A stretch of DNA of 64,000 nt from Gloeobacterales cyanobacterium (lineage in GTDB: Bacteria > Cyanobacteriota > Cyanobacteriia > Gloeobacterales > PMM-0068), in NCBI GenBank assembly GCA_038245785.1, contig JBBRSB010000001.1, forward strand, positions 160,001-224,000, written 5' to 3'. Numbering within the stretch: position 1 is the stretch's first letter; every line of letters begins with the position of its first letter. This document shows positions 47,336 to 58,300 of this stretch, in pieces. The notes under the pieces are model-generated. The model worked only from the letters and a program-made list of their open reading frames with translations. It was not told where the DNA came from and made no database searches. Both the position numbers and the translations under genes were made by a program.

Positions 47336-48307
47336 TCATCTTTCTCCTCTGTTCCGGTCCGGTTTCGCGTCGAAAGCCTCATAAGCTTCTACAATCCTCA
47401 TGACCAGGGGATGGCGGACCACATCGCTGCTGTCAAACATACAGAAAGAAATCCCTTGGACCTTACTGAGGACCTGACGTGCTAGCGCTAGGCCAGAGGC
47501 TCTACCGACCAAGTCTGTTTGAGTGAGGTCGCCATTGACCACCATCTTGGAACCAAAACCCAGACGGGTGAGGACCATTTTCATTTGTTCGGGAGTAGCA
47601 TTTTGGGCTTCATCCAAAATCACAAAGGCCCGATTTAAGGTGCGACCGCGCATGTAGGCCAAAGGAGCCACTTCTACAACACCCCGTTCCATCAATTTGG
47701 GCAACTGTTCAGGGTCAATGAATTCATAGAGCGCATCATAAAGAGGCCGCAGGTAGGGATTTACTTTGGCCTGCAAATCGCCTGGCAAAAAGCCCAGCTT
47801 TTCTCCCGCTTCCACGGCTGGTCGGGTAAGGATAATCCGTTCCACCCGTTCTTCTTTCAAGGCTCTAAACGCTTGAACGGCAGCCAGATAGGTCTTTCCC
47901 GTTCCCGCAGGCCCCAGGCCAAAGGTCAAATCGTGGTAGAGAATCGACTGAACATAGCGCCATTGCTTGAGAGTCCGGGCCCGAATGATATCTCCCCGGC
48001 GGTTATGAGCCAAGGGTGTCCGGAGCATTGTCAAAAATTCTTCCTGCTGTCCAGTGAGAATCGCTTCTTTAGCACTCAGCATCTCAGGCCGACCGAGGTT
48101 CCCACCTTCCTTCCACAGGTCGCGCAGGAGGTAAACAATTTCTTCTGCAAGGGCTTGCCCTTCTTCACTGCCCGACAGAATCAGTTCTAAACCGCGCAGC
48201 GTTACCTGAACCTCCGCTTCTTTGCCCAGAATCGCCAGATTTTCTTGACCAAGGCCGGAAAGACTAACAGCACTCTGGGAACTCGGCAAGGCTAGGGTTT
48301 TGGTCAT
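47336..48307 (-). CDS. phoH: PhoH-family ATPase
   Basis: GPAGTGKT, RPAVEAGE.LGFLPG, YMRGRT, DEAQN and DVVRHPLV. Confidence 0.95.
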   Translation of the reverse strand: MTKTLALPSSQSAVSLSGLGQENLAILGKEAEVQVTLRGLELILSGSEEGQALAEEIVYLLRDLWKEGGNLGRPEMLSAKEAILTGQQEEFLTMLRTPLAHNRRGDIIRARTLKQWRYVQSILYHDLTFGLGPAGTGKTYLAAVQAFRALKEERVERIILTRPAVEAGEKLGFLPGDLQAKVNPYLRPLYDALYEFIDPEQLPKLMERGVVEVAPLAYMRGRTLNRAFVILDEAQNATPEQMKMVLTRLGFGSKMVVNGDLTQTDLVGRASGLALARQVLSKVQGISFCMFDSSDVVRHPLVMRIVEAYEAFDAKPDRNRGER

Positions 48308-48317
48308 AAGGCTTAAT

Positions 48318-48569
48318 TTATCCCCCACTCACAGGAGGGATAAACACAATTTCATCTCCGGCCTGGATTACGGTTTGTGCATCAACAAAAACTTGATTGA
48401 CCCCGTAGCGCGTTTGGTCCTGCCAACGCGATAGTTGGGGTTTCTGTTGAACGAGAATCTGCTGCACCTGCTGTACAGTAGTGCCCACAGGAACGGACAG
48501 AGCCAGTTCGCTAAGTTCAAAGGCTTCCCGGTAGGCTGCGAACAGCCTAACAGTCACGTTCATAACCAT
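48318..48569 (-). CDS. moaD: MoaD/ThiS sulfur-carrier protein
   Basis: VRLFAAYRE and C-terminal IPPVSGG. Confidence 0.9.
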   Translation of the reverse strand: MVMNVTVRLFAAYREAFELSELALSVPVGTTVQQVQQILVQQKPQLSRWQDQTRYGVNQVFVDAQTVIQAGDEIVFIPPVSGG

Positions 48570-48573
48570 AAGC

Positions 48574-49296
48574 CTAGGCCGGATTTTTGGGAGCCTCTGG
48601 AGGGGCCTCAGGCAAAGATTTAGGGGCTTCGGTGGCAGGCAACATTCCCATAGAGGCTTTGAGCGCTGCGAGATCGTCCTCGACCCCTCCAGCCTGCAGG
48701 GATTTAAACTTGTCTTCTAGATTATCTGTAGACAGTTCACCAATCGCCGCAGAACGAGCTTCCAGGTCCGATACTTTCTGCTCCATCCGCTCAAAAGTGC
48801 CATAGGAAGAACTGGTGCTTACCCGACCCAGCACTTCATTGATTTGTTCAGAAGCCTTGGCAGAACGGGCGCGAGCAACCAAGAGGTCTTTCTTCGCTTT
48901 TGCTTCGGATAGTTTGCCTTCTAAAGCCGTTAGATTTTGACGCAATTTCTGGACTTGCTCTTTTTGCGTCGCCCACTGAGTCTCTAGGCCAACTACGGTT
49001 TCTGCATAGCCTTTCTTACGAGTTAGAGCTTCACGGGCCAAATCTTCTTCATTCTTGGATAAAGCTAGAGCTGCGCGCTGCTGCCATTGGTCAGACTGGG
49101 CTCTATTCTGTACCAGCTGCTGCTCGACCCGCTTTTCGCCCGCAATCGCTTGGGCTACAGCCTGGCGCAGAGAAACCAAATCTTCCTGCATGTCTTCGAC
49201 ACTTTGTTCCAACATCTTTTCTGGGTCTTCAGCACCAGACACTAAGGAATTGAGGTTTGATTTGATGACAGTGCCAATGCGGTCAAACAGTCCCAT
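48574..49296 (-). CDS. PspA/IM30 (Vipp1-family) protein
   Basis: MGLFDRI, AEDPEK.LEQ, EDLAREAL.RK, FERME.KV and DDLAALKA. Confidence 0.93.
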   Translation of the reverse strand: MGLFDRIGTVIKSNLNSLVSGAEDPEKMLEQSVEDMQEDLVSLRQAVAQAIAGEKRVEQQLVQNRAQSDQWQQRAALALSKNEEDLAREALTRKKGYAETVVGLETQWATQKEQVQKLRQNLTALEGKLSEAKAKKDLLVARARSAKASEQINEVLGRVSTSSSYGTFERMEQKVSDLEARSAAIGELSTDNLEDKFKSLQAGGVEDDLAALKASMGMLPATEAPKSLPEAPPEAPKNPA

Positions 49297-49376
49297 AGCT
49301 TGCTCCTGTAGTCAGAAAAAGAATCACTCTTGCTTTATAAGCTTACTCTTTAGACTGTGCTGTTGCCCAGTCTTTA

Positions 49377-51680
49377 TTATGAAGAACTTACCACCGCTAC
49401 GGGACAGGTAGCTTGGTTTAAGATGCCATCTACCCGATGTCCAAAGAACGCCCGCCCACTAATCGGTCTCAGGTTACTACCCATCACAATCAGGTCATAG
49501 CCGTCCTGATTAGCTAAACGGATGATTTCAGCTTCTGGAGAAATGCCTTCCAAAAGAGTGGTCTCCACTTCTGCACCTAATTTGCGGGCAAGGTCTGCTT
49601 GTCTATCAACAATTTGCTGACCGATTTCCCTCATCGGGTCTATATTGCGACGGTCCATCAGCACATTGTCCACCTGCGGACGGCTAACGACATGGACCAC
49701 AGTCAGTAAAGCTCCTACGCTAGCGGCAATCACGGCAGCAATTTCAACAGCATGCTTGCTATATTCTGTGCCCACTGTCGGTACCAAGATTCGGCGCAGG
49801 GATTGGGTTTCTACCAGGTCACAATATTCGCCCATGGGCAGGTGGGATTTCACAATCAACATGGCACAGGGCGCATCCTGAACCACGCGGTCCACCAAGT
49901 TGCTGAACAGGGCTTCGCTGCCGTACTTCCAGACTTCTGTCCGTTTCTGGGTTTCCGTCGCCCCCATCACCACCAAGTCATAGCCCTTGCTAGCTTCTGC
50001 CAAAATCACTTCAGCAGCATTTTTACCAGCCTCTACCCGTACTTCTGGATCCGGTCCTTCGATCAGTTTGAGTTCTTCTCGAATATTTTCAATCGCAATC
50101 TGAGCCCCATCTCCCTCTAGGAGCGCTGATTTAGGCTTCCAGAACTGCCAGGAGGGCGCTTGCAAAGCCTGGTTTGTGGCATAGAGTGCAGTTACTTGAA
50201 TCGGTTGCTGGTGGCTAAGATGACCCACCAGTTGGGCCGCCAACTGCACGTTGCTGCCTCCTCTAGAAGGCAACAGCACGCGGTTGATAGAACGGACGAA
50301 GCTAGTCTCTGCCATTTTCTCCCGTTCCAGACGTTCGGCCTCTTCCTTCCCAATCTCCACATGGCTCAAAGCCCAGCGCAGCAGAGGTGGAGCCATCAGG
50401 GAGGTAACAATGGCGACCATGACGATGATCGAATACATCTCCAAATTCAGAACGCCTAAGCCTAAGCCCACGGTTGCAACGATGATCTCCATTGCTCCCC
50501 GAGCATTCATGCCAGAGCCCATGGCGATGCGCTCCCAGTGGGAGAGCCCCCCAGCCCAAGCTCCTAGGTAAACCCCGACAAATTTTCCAATGCAGGCAAT
50601 AGCCAGGACCAATAAGCCAATCGTCAAAACTTGGGGATCCAAAAGGCGCAGCAAGTTTACCTTCAGGCCAGCGGAAGCAAAGAAAATCGGAGCCAGAAAT
50701 CCTGCTGTGACCATTTCTAAGGTGTGGCCCACCTCTGGACGGAAACGAGGTGCTTGACCAGCCAAGATCCCAACGACAAAAGCACCTAAGACCGCTTCGA
50801 TACCCATCTCATGGGTGAAAGTAGCAACGCCAAAGGCCATAACCAGGATGACGGAAAGTTGGGCCATCGTCCCGCCCACGACTTTATCGACAAAAGCAAT
50901 GATCTGAGCTACCACCGTCCGCCCGATGGTGAAAGCAATGCCCAAGAAAAGCACTGCTCCTCCGACAGAACGTCCTGCAGAGAGGAGGTCCACACTGCCA
51001 CTGGTCGCCAAACCAGCCACAACAGAGAGCAAAATCCAGCCAATCGTGTCGTCTGTCATTGCTGCAGCCAGCGTGACCTGACCAATATCCCGCCGGATCA
51101 GCTTTAAATCCATGAGCACCTTCGCGATTACGGGTACCGCTGAAATACTCATCGCCACGGCCATGAATAAACTAAAAACTAGACGCCGTTCTGGATTGGC
51201 GAGAAAAGCATCGGGCAGGAGATAACCTAGGCCCAATCCGGTGATAAAAGGCACGACAATCCCACCGAGCGAGATCATCAAGGCTGACTTGCCTTTGCGG
51301 ACGATCAGATTGAGGTCTGTTTCCAAGCCCGTGACAATTAACAGGAACAACACGCCAACCCAAGAGACTACCGATAGCAAATCCGCTTGGGCTTGAATCT
51401 TCGGAAATATCTCGGCTTGGAGCTGTGGCAGGAGCAGTCCTAAAATAGAAGGTCCCAGAATCACCCCAGCCATGAGTTCGCCCACTACCGGAGGCTGGTT
51501 GATCTTTCGCATCCATTCACCCAAGCCACGGGCTACGGCCAAAAGTACACAGATTTGCAAAAGCAATAGGAACAGAGCTTCATGACTAAGGGCTTTGAGT
51601 ACCTTAGGGGCAGCCTGTGCAGTCTCTGCAGAGAGCAAGACGGGGAAAAACTCGAGCATAGTTAGCCTCGTGAGGAGCAT
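49377..51680 (-). CDS. CPA2 cation:proton antiporter fused to two universal stress protein domains
   Basis: QPPVVGELMAG.ILGPS, DDTIGW and PIFFASAG, then two USP-like domains (RVLLP, RILVPT, DL.VMG, CPVAVV). Confidence 0.9.
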   Translation of the reverse strand: MLLTRLTMLEFFPVLLSAETAQAAPKVLKALSHEALFLLLLQICVLLAVARGLGEWMRKINQPPVVGELMAGVILGPSILGLLLPQLQAEIFPKIQAQADLLSVVSWVGVLFLLIVTGLETDLNLIVRKGKSALMISLGGIVVPFITGLGLGYLLPDAFLANPERRLVFSLFMAVAMSISAVPVIAKVLMDLKLIRRDIGQVTLAAAMTDDTIGWILLSVVAGLATSGSVDLLSAGRSVGGAVLFLGIAFTIGRTVVAQIIAFVDKVVGGTMAQLSVILVMAFGVATFTHEMGIEAVLGAFVVGILAGQAPRFRPEVGHTLEMVTAGFLAPIFFASAGLKVNLLRLLDPQVLTIGLLVLAIACIGKFVGVYLGAWAGGLSHWERIAMGSGMNARGAMEIIVATVGLGLGVLNLEMYSIIVMVAIVTSLMAPPLLRWALSHVEIGKEEAERLEREKMAETSFVRSINRVLLPSRGGSNVQLAAQLVGHLSHQQPIQVTALYATNQALQAPSWQFWKPKSALLEGDGAQIAIENIREELKLIEGPDPEVRVEAGKNAAEVILAEASKGYDLVVMGATETQKRTEVWKYGSEALFSNLVDRVVQDAPCAMLIVKSHLPMGEYCDLVETQSLRRILVPTVGTEYSKHAVEIAAVIAASVGALLTVVHVVSRPQVDNVLMDRRNIDPMREIGQQIVDRQADLARKLGAEVETTLLEGISPEAEIIRLANQDGYDLIVMGSNLRPISGRAFFGHRVDGILNQATCPVAVVSSS

Positions 51681-51994
51681 CTATAAAGAAAAACTTGGAA
51701 TTGTGAAAACTGGCTAGAAACGATGCATAAGCCACAATGTATCACGGGTTCCCGAATCGCACCTATAAGCCGTGATCCAAGAGAAGTCCTAACTCAAGCA
51801 CCGCACACTATTAGATCCGGCTAAGCATTTAATAATTCTTCTATTCTTTTCATATATTTGCTTAGGGAAGGCAAGGATAGCTAATAGATAAGATAGCTCC
51901 ACTCCCTATGGGCATTGAGTATCTGGATATACATTTCAACTAGTTCTATCTCCAAAGTTAGAGGATGGATAAATTGTATTTTCTCTTTTAATTA

Positions 51995-52801
51995 TTAATT
52001 ACTACTGTCTACAGCCTTACGTAAGGCTGTGCAGAATTGTGACGTTTCATACACACGCTCTTCTGGTTTAGCTTCCGCTAATTTCCGAACAAAGGCAGAG
52101 CCTACAATCACGCCGTCAGCACCCAAATCCACCACTTGCCGGGCTTGCTCCGGGCTGGAAATACCGAATCCAACACAAACGGGCAGGTCCGTCAGCCCTT
52201 GCAGGTGTTGAATTAAGGGTTGGAGTTGACTGGAAACTTCCGTTCGTACACCCGTTACGCCTGTGACACTGACGAGATAAACAAACCCGCGAGCTTGCTG
52301 CACAATTTTTTCCATACGTTCTATCGGACTGGTTGGAGCCACTAGCTGAATAACATCGATGCCCCTGGCTTTAGCAGCGTGCACCAGAGGATCTGACTCT
52401 TCTAGAGGCAAGTCTGGAACTACTAATCCCTTCGCTCCCGCTTGGGCAATTTTGTCGAGAAATGGTTCAATCCCCAGAGATAGTACCGGATTGTAGTAGC
52501 TAAATAAAATCAAAGGTGCTTTCAGTTTTGGGGTGACCCGTGCTACTAGAGCTAGAACCTCTTTAAGGGTTGTGCCTTTTTGCAAGGCGCGGGTAGATGC
52601 CGCTTGAATCACTGGACCATCGGCTAAAGGATCACTATAAGGAATACCTAGTTCAATCAGGTCTGCCCCGGCCTGGTCTAGAGCCAAGAGCGCGGCTTCG
52701 GTAGTCGCCAAGTCTGGGTCACCCGCCGTCAAGAAAGGAATCAGCGCTTTTTGCTGAAGGACCTTGAGATGGGCAAAGTGTTCACTGATAGATACAGCCA
52801 T
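51995..52801 (-). CDS. trpA: Tryptophan synthase alpha chain
   Basis: ELGIPYSDPLADGPVIQ, VPDLP, GVTG, VGFGIS and GVIVGSA. Confidence 0.98.
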   Translation of the reverse strand: MAVSISEHFAHLKVLQQKALIPFLTAGDPDLATTEAALLALDQAGADLIELGIPYSDPLADGPVIQAASTRALQKGTTLKEVLALVARVTPKLKAPLILFSYYNPVLSLGIEPFLDKIAQAGAKGLVVPDLPLEESDPLVHAAKARGIDVIQLVAPTSPIERMEKIVQQARGFVYLVSVTGVTGVRTEVSSQLQPLIQHLQGLTDLPVCVGFGISSPEQARQVVDLGADGVIVGSAFVRKLAEAKPEERVYETSQFCTALRKAVDSSN

Positions 52802-52837
52802 AGCGCCAGAGTGAAAAGCAAAGCCTAGTGTACCGCT

Positions 52838-53011
52838 TCCTCCTGTTCCTTGGGCTACAGGGCTATTGAGGAAGATTCTCTGGGGAGCTAATTCCGTCGC
52901 AGGTTGAAGACCACCGTGATATAGGGGCCCAGAGAGGGAACCCTAAGGCCATACTTCGGTAGATTCTGTTGATTGTGCAAAGAAGGCTTTGAATGCAAGC
53001 CTTCTTTTTTT
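52838..53011 (+). ncRNA. Candidate structured non-coding RNA (about 170 nt; possibly 6S-like)
   Basis: No ORF. Long irregular hairpin (TTCTCTGGG 52876-84 pairs with CCCAGAGAG 52928-36; apical GGT-TGAAG-ACC), TAGTGT -10 at 52826, and a strong terminator with no upstream + strand gene. Confidence 0.5.
52979..53011 (+). terminator. Intrinsic terminator
   Basis: AAAGAAGGCTT-TGAATGC-AAGCCTTCTTT with a T7 tail. Confidence 0.85.
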
Positions 53012-53190
53012 GCGCCGCTTTGTGGAAGTTCTACCTGTGAATCAAGCAGGATGCGGCTTTGAGCAAGTAAATCTCAAAGATTGAGCGCAGTCTATGAAGA
53101 TCATGTGAGTCTACCTCCATAAGAATGAGTGAAGTTCTGTAAACTTGTGTTAAGCTGAGCGTATTGAAAAACTTTAAGGAGGTTCTTCAC

Positions 53191-53526
53191 ATGGTTAACT
53201 TCGCTGCAATCGCTCAAACGCCTGAGGCCAAAGTTCTAGAAATAGATTTGGACTTCAAACAATTTTTCGTCTCCCTGGTTGAATCGGCCTATCGCGAGGG
53301 ACGTTCCCTGGAAGAAATTTACACCGATATTGCAAAACTGAAGACAGAGCTCGTCGTTCCTGATTTAGAGAGCTTCCCCCTTAAAGAATGGGCACTACAG
53401 ACCTACTGGGCGATGGAAAAGCGCGGAGTCCAGAATCAGACGGCAGTGGCTGTTTGCGGATTGTGCGGCAAAATTGCTCCTGAGCGCGAGCTCAACTGCG
53501 CCAATTTCTGCCCCTATAGCGCATAG
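53191..53526 (+). CDS. Hypothetical protein with a C-terminal Cys4 zinc-ribbon-like motif
   Basis: AAGGAGG RBS before ATG 53191; CGLCG...CANFCPY. Confidence 0.7.
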   Translation: MVNFAAIAQTPEAKVLEIDLDFKQFFVSLVESAYREGRSLEEIYTDIAKLKTELVVPDLESFPLKEWALQTYWAMEKRGVQNQTAVAVCGLCGKIAPERELNCANFCPYSA

Positions 53527-53537
53527 AGGATTGGTAA

Positions 53538-53585
53538 AAGACCCCCTATAGTCCCCCTCAAGGGGGACGGCGATAGCCGGGGGTT
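53538..53585. repeat. Dispersed palindromic repeat family A, copy 2
   Basis: AAGACCCCCTATAGTCCCCCT-CA-AGGGGGAC-GGCGATAGCC-GGGGGTT. Confidence 0.9.
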
Positions 53586-53702
53586 CTGCCCACCCCCCTA
53601 GAGTATTGGGTTTGCCGTCTTCCTCCTGATTGAACTGTTCACAGGTAAGGGAATACTAGATCTACTCCAGTAAATTCTGTTACTTGTGTGAAGAAGGCTT
53701 TT

Positions 53703-54956
53703 TTAGGCCTTCTTTTTTTTTGGAGACTTGGAAGATTTAGAAGTTTTATAAGCCGCCTGCAGATTCTGGTCGAGACGGTCTAGAAACTGTTGGGTCGTTA
53801 GCCAAGGCTGTTCTGGGCCAATCAACACCGCTAGATCTTTGGTCATCGCTCCTGATTCCACGGTTTCAACACAGATTCTTTCGAGCGTGAGCGCAAAGCT
53901 TTCCAGATCCGCATTATCGTCAAACTTAGCCCGGTAGAAGAGTCCACGGGTCCAGGCAAAGATAGAGGCAATCGGATTGGTGGAAGTTTCGCGGCCCTTT
54001 TGGTGCTCCCGGAAATGCCGGGTCACGGTTCCATGGGCTGCCTCTGCTTCTACAGTTTGTCCATCTGGGGTAAGCAATACAGAAGTCATCAGGCCCAAAG
54101 AGCCAAAACCTTGAGCGACGGTATCGGACTGGACATCGCCATCATAGTTTTTACACGCCCAGACAAAGCCACCGTTCCACTTCAAGGCTGCAGCGACCAT
54201 ATCGTCAATCAAGCGGTGCTCATAGGTGATCTTAGCTGCTTTGAACTGGTCCGCAAATTCTTGCTCAAATACTTCTTGAAAGAGGTCTTTGAAGCGCCCA
54301 TCGTAGGCTTTGAGAATCGTATTCTTGGTGGATAGATAGACGGGCCAGCCTTTCATCAATCCATAGTTTAGGCAGGAACGGGCAAAGCCTCGGATCGATT
54401 CATCCAAGTTGTACATACCCATAGCCACTCCACTGCCGGGGAAAGAAAAGACTTCATACTCAATCGCGTCCCCACCATCAGAAGGCGTAAACTTCATTGT
54501 CAAGGTCCCTGGGCCAGGCACCTTGAAATCCGTAGCTCGGTATTGGTCTCCAAAGGCATGACGGCCAATCACAATCGGTTCTGTCCAGCCAGGAACCAGA
54601 CGGGGCACATTACGACAGATAATCGGCTCTCGGAATACGGTCCCACCGAGAATATTGCGGATAGTTCCATTGGGCGACTTCCACATTTTTTTGAGTTTGA
54701 ATTCCTCGACCCGGCCTTCATCAGGGGTAATGGTGGCGCATTTCACCCCCACCCGGTATTGCTGAATCGCCTTAGCGGCGTCGATGGTAATGCGGTCATC
54801 TGTGGCATCCCGGCTTTCAACACTCAAGTCGTAGTACTTCAGGTCTATATCCAGATAGGGCAGGATCAGTTTTTCTTTAATGAACTGCCAGATGATTCTG
54901 GTCATTTCATCCCCATCAAGCTCTACGACGGGATTAGCGACTTTGATTTTTTGCAT
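53703..54956 (-). CDS. icd: NADP-dependent isocitrate dehydrogenase, subfamily II (eukaryote-like)
   Basis: [50 protein letters not shown] and [10 protein letters not shown]. Confidence 0.96.
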   Translation of the reverse strand: MQKIKVANPVVELDGDEMTRIIWQFIKEKLILPYLDIDLKYYDLSVESRDATDDRITIDAAKAIQQYRVGVKCATITPDEGRVEEFKLKKMWKSPNGTIRNILGGTVFREPIICRNVPRLVPGWTEPIVIGRHAFGDQYRATDFKVPGPGTLTMKFTPSDGGDAIEYEVFSFPGSGVAMGMYNLDESIRGFARSCLNYGLMKGWPVYLSTKNTILKAYDGRFKDLFQEVFEQEFADQFKAAKITYEHRLIDDMVAAALKWNGGFVWACKNYDGDVQSDTVAQGFGSLGLMTSVLLTPDGQTVEAEAAHGTVTRHFREHQKGRETSTNPIASIFAWTRGLFYRAKFDDNADLESFALTLERICVETVESGAMTKDLAVLIGPEQPWLTTQQFLDRLDQNLQAAYKTSKSSKSPKKKKA

Positions 54957-55323
54957 GGATGCCCTTGCGATTCGGCCCTTTTGGTCCTGAGAAACAAAAA
55001 ACATACCAAGGCGTTGAGACCCTGGCAAGCTTATCCTACGACAGACTACTCTATGCTTAGGTTTTCATCGCTACCGTCATGCTTTTAAGTCTGCCTAAAT
55101 CTCTATTTAAGCGCGTTTTAAAGCGGCATCTGCTACATTAGCTTATTAACTACCCAAAACCTGCGAAATGCGGGCCTCAATCTATGACCACCCGAGAAAA
55201 TTACTTAGCTACCAGACCTCATGTTGGGTACTCTATAAAAGTTCCGGTGCTGTTTTACTTCAATCTTGAGTTGACCAGCTCGCCCAAATTTCTATCCAGG
55301 CTTGTCTAGAAGGTTGTGTAAAA

Positions 55324-58300
55324 ATGGTTAGCTTTCCCGGCTATCTTCTCACTGATCTACTATGCGATACCTCTAGGACTCAAATTTATCGAGGAGCGCG
55401 ACAGTCAGACCAACAGGCGGTTGTGGTTAAACTGCTTAAGACTGAGTACCCCACGCTCAGAGACCTTGTACAGTTTCGAAATCAGTATGCAGTTACCAAG
55501 AACCTGAATCTACCTGGAGTAGTTCAGCCCTATAGCCTTGAGGACTACCGTAACGGTTTTGCACTGGTGATGGAAGATTTTGGCGGCATTCCCCTCCAAG
55601 ACTACTTCTCTAGAACAGCCTCTCAGAGACAAGCACCAGGCCAACCCAGTAATTCGCTTTCTTATCTCGGCGCTCCCCGTGAGGAAACTGCATTCCATCC
55701 CCTATCTCAAGACGCTAAAGCAGAGGGCGATACAAACTCCCCGCTGATGGTCGCACAGGATAGGTCCTCCCCACTTGTTGACAGCCTTGACGAATTTTTG
55801 ACGATTGCGATACAGATTGTCCAAATTTTGGAAGGATTAGCATCCCATCGAGTAGTGCATAAAGACATTAAACCGCAGCATATCCTGATCAATCCGGATA
55901 CTGCCGAGGTTAAGCTAATTGGCTTTAACCTTGCGTCCCTTCTATCCAAAGAAAAGCAGGAAATTCAAAACCCTGATGTTCTGGAAGGCACGCTGGCGTA
56001 CATGTCTCCTGAGCAAACGGGGCGAATGAATCGGGGGATTGATTATCGCACCGACTTCTACTCTTTAGGCGTAACGTTCTATCAGCTTCTAACGGGGCAA
56101 CTTCCGTTTCAGTCCACCGATCCGATGGAGATAGTTCATTGTCATCTTGCCCGTAAACCAGTTCCGCTCAATACCGTGAATCCTGCTGTTCCCCAGATGG
56201 TGAACGACATTGTCTTGAAATTAATGGCGAAAATGGCCGAAGAGCGATATCAAAGTGCACTAGGGCTGCGCTATGACTTAGAACGCTGTCTAGAGCAGTA
56301 CTCAGCTTACGGCAATATAGAAGCCTTCCCTCTGGGTGAACGAGATATTTCTGACAGTTTTCAAATCTCGGAAAAGCTCTACGGCCGGGAATCAGAGGTG
56401 GCCACCCTGCTGGCAGCTTTTGATCGAGTGAGCGGAGGAAACACAGAGCTAATGCTTGTATCTGGTTTTTCTGGAATTGGTAAAACAGCCCTAGTCAATG
56501 AGACTCACAAACCGATTGTCCGGCAGCGAGGCTATTTCATCAAAGGCAAATTTGACCAGCTGAAGCGGAATATTCCCCTCTCTGCTCTGGTTCAGGCGTT
56601 TCAAAATTTGATGCGGCAGCTGCTTACCGAAAGTACCGCTCAGGTGGAGCGCTGGAAAGCCAAGATTCTGTCAGCATTGGGCGAAAATGCTCAAGTCTTG
56701 ATTGAGGTGATCCCAGAGCTAGAGCGAATTATTGGTTCTCAGCCTCCTGCTCCAGACCTGTCACCAGGTGCAGCACAGAACCGATTTAACCTGCTGTTTG
56801 GGAAGTTTATTCAGGTATTTGCAACTCAAGAACATCCTCTAGTTATTTTTTTAGATGACCTGCAATGGGCAGGCTCTGATTCTTTAAAACTGATTCAATT
56901 GCTGATGGTCGAAATCGAAACGCGCTATCTTTTGCTGATTGGATCTTATCGAGATAATGAAGTTAGTTCATCGCATCCTCTGGTGTTAACACTAAGAGAT
57001 ATGGGTGATCGGGGTGCAATCATAAACCAAATGACGCTAGCGCCCCTTAGTCCAGAGGCGCTGAATGAACTAATTGCCGATACCCTAAGTTGCCCGCCAG
57101 AAAGGGCTATACCCCTGACAGAACAAATCCTACAGAAAACTCAAGGGAACCCATTTTTCAGCAACCAGTTTCTCAAATCGTTACATCAAGACGGGCTTAT
57201 TTCCTTTGACCATGGATGTGGCTACTGGCAGTGCGACATCGCCCAGGTGAAATGGCTTTCTGTTAGCTCTAATGTGGTTGAGTTTATGGCAAGTCAGTTG
57301 CGGAAACTGCCAGCAAAAACGCAAGCCGTCCTCAAGCTAGCCGCCTGTATAGGCAATCAATTTGATTTAGCCATACTCGCCATTGTCTATGGTAAATCTC
57401 AGGCCGAGACTGCCGTTGATTTGTGGGAGGCGCTGCAAGCGGGGTTGGTTTTGCCCAGCAGCGAAATCTATCGGTTTTATCAAGGAAATGAACGGTTTGA
57501 TTGGTGGAGTACTGGAGACACAGAAACTTCAACAGCCACCGCCTCACCCTGGAACGCTAATACCGTTATTGAGTTCTCGGTCCCCTATAAGTTTCTCCAT
57601 GACCGCGTACAGCAGGCTGCCTATTCCCTGATTCCGGAGGCCCAGCAGCAAACAACACACCTGAAAATTGGACAGCTGCTATTACAAAATACGGCACCAG
57701 AAGAACAAGAAGAGAGAGTCTTTGAAATTGTTAACCAACTGAACATGGGCGTAGATTTAATTTCCCAGCCGACAGAGCGACAGGTACTTGCACAATTAAA
57801 TCTAGCTGCCGGACAAAAAGCCAGAGCATCCACGGCCTATGAGTCTGCTGCTGACTATCTGGCGGTTGGTATCAGCTTGTTGTCAACCAATAGCTGGCAG
57901 CAACAATATGGACTCACGCTTGCCTTGCATGAGACAGCCGCAGAGGTTGCTTACCTGAATGGCAGGTTTGAGGATATGGAGCAGCTAGCCAAAACGGTGA
58001 TGCGGCAAGCCCAATGTTTGCTGGATAAAGTCAAGGTTTATGAGGTCAGAATTCAAGCCTATGCGGCTCAAAATAGACTGATGGAGTCTGTCTTAACCGC
58101 TCTACAGGTTTTGCAACTTTTTGGGGTCAAGCTTCCGCACAAGCCCAGAAAGCTCAAGGTTCTGTTGGCCTTGGCTGCCACTAAATTCACGTTGCTGGGG
58201 AAGAATATTGAGACGTTAATTGATCTTCCAGAAATGACTGAACTGGAGCAATTGGCCATCATGCGCATCATCCGCAGTGTAGGCTCCCCTGCTTATTTTG

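Noticed and set aside
52838..52978. Candidate RNA as SRP RNA, T-box, c-di-AMP, glycine or ZTP riboswitch
   Set aside because: Only short fragments resemble these families; their defining conserved motifs and order are absent by eye.
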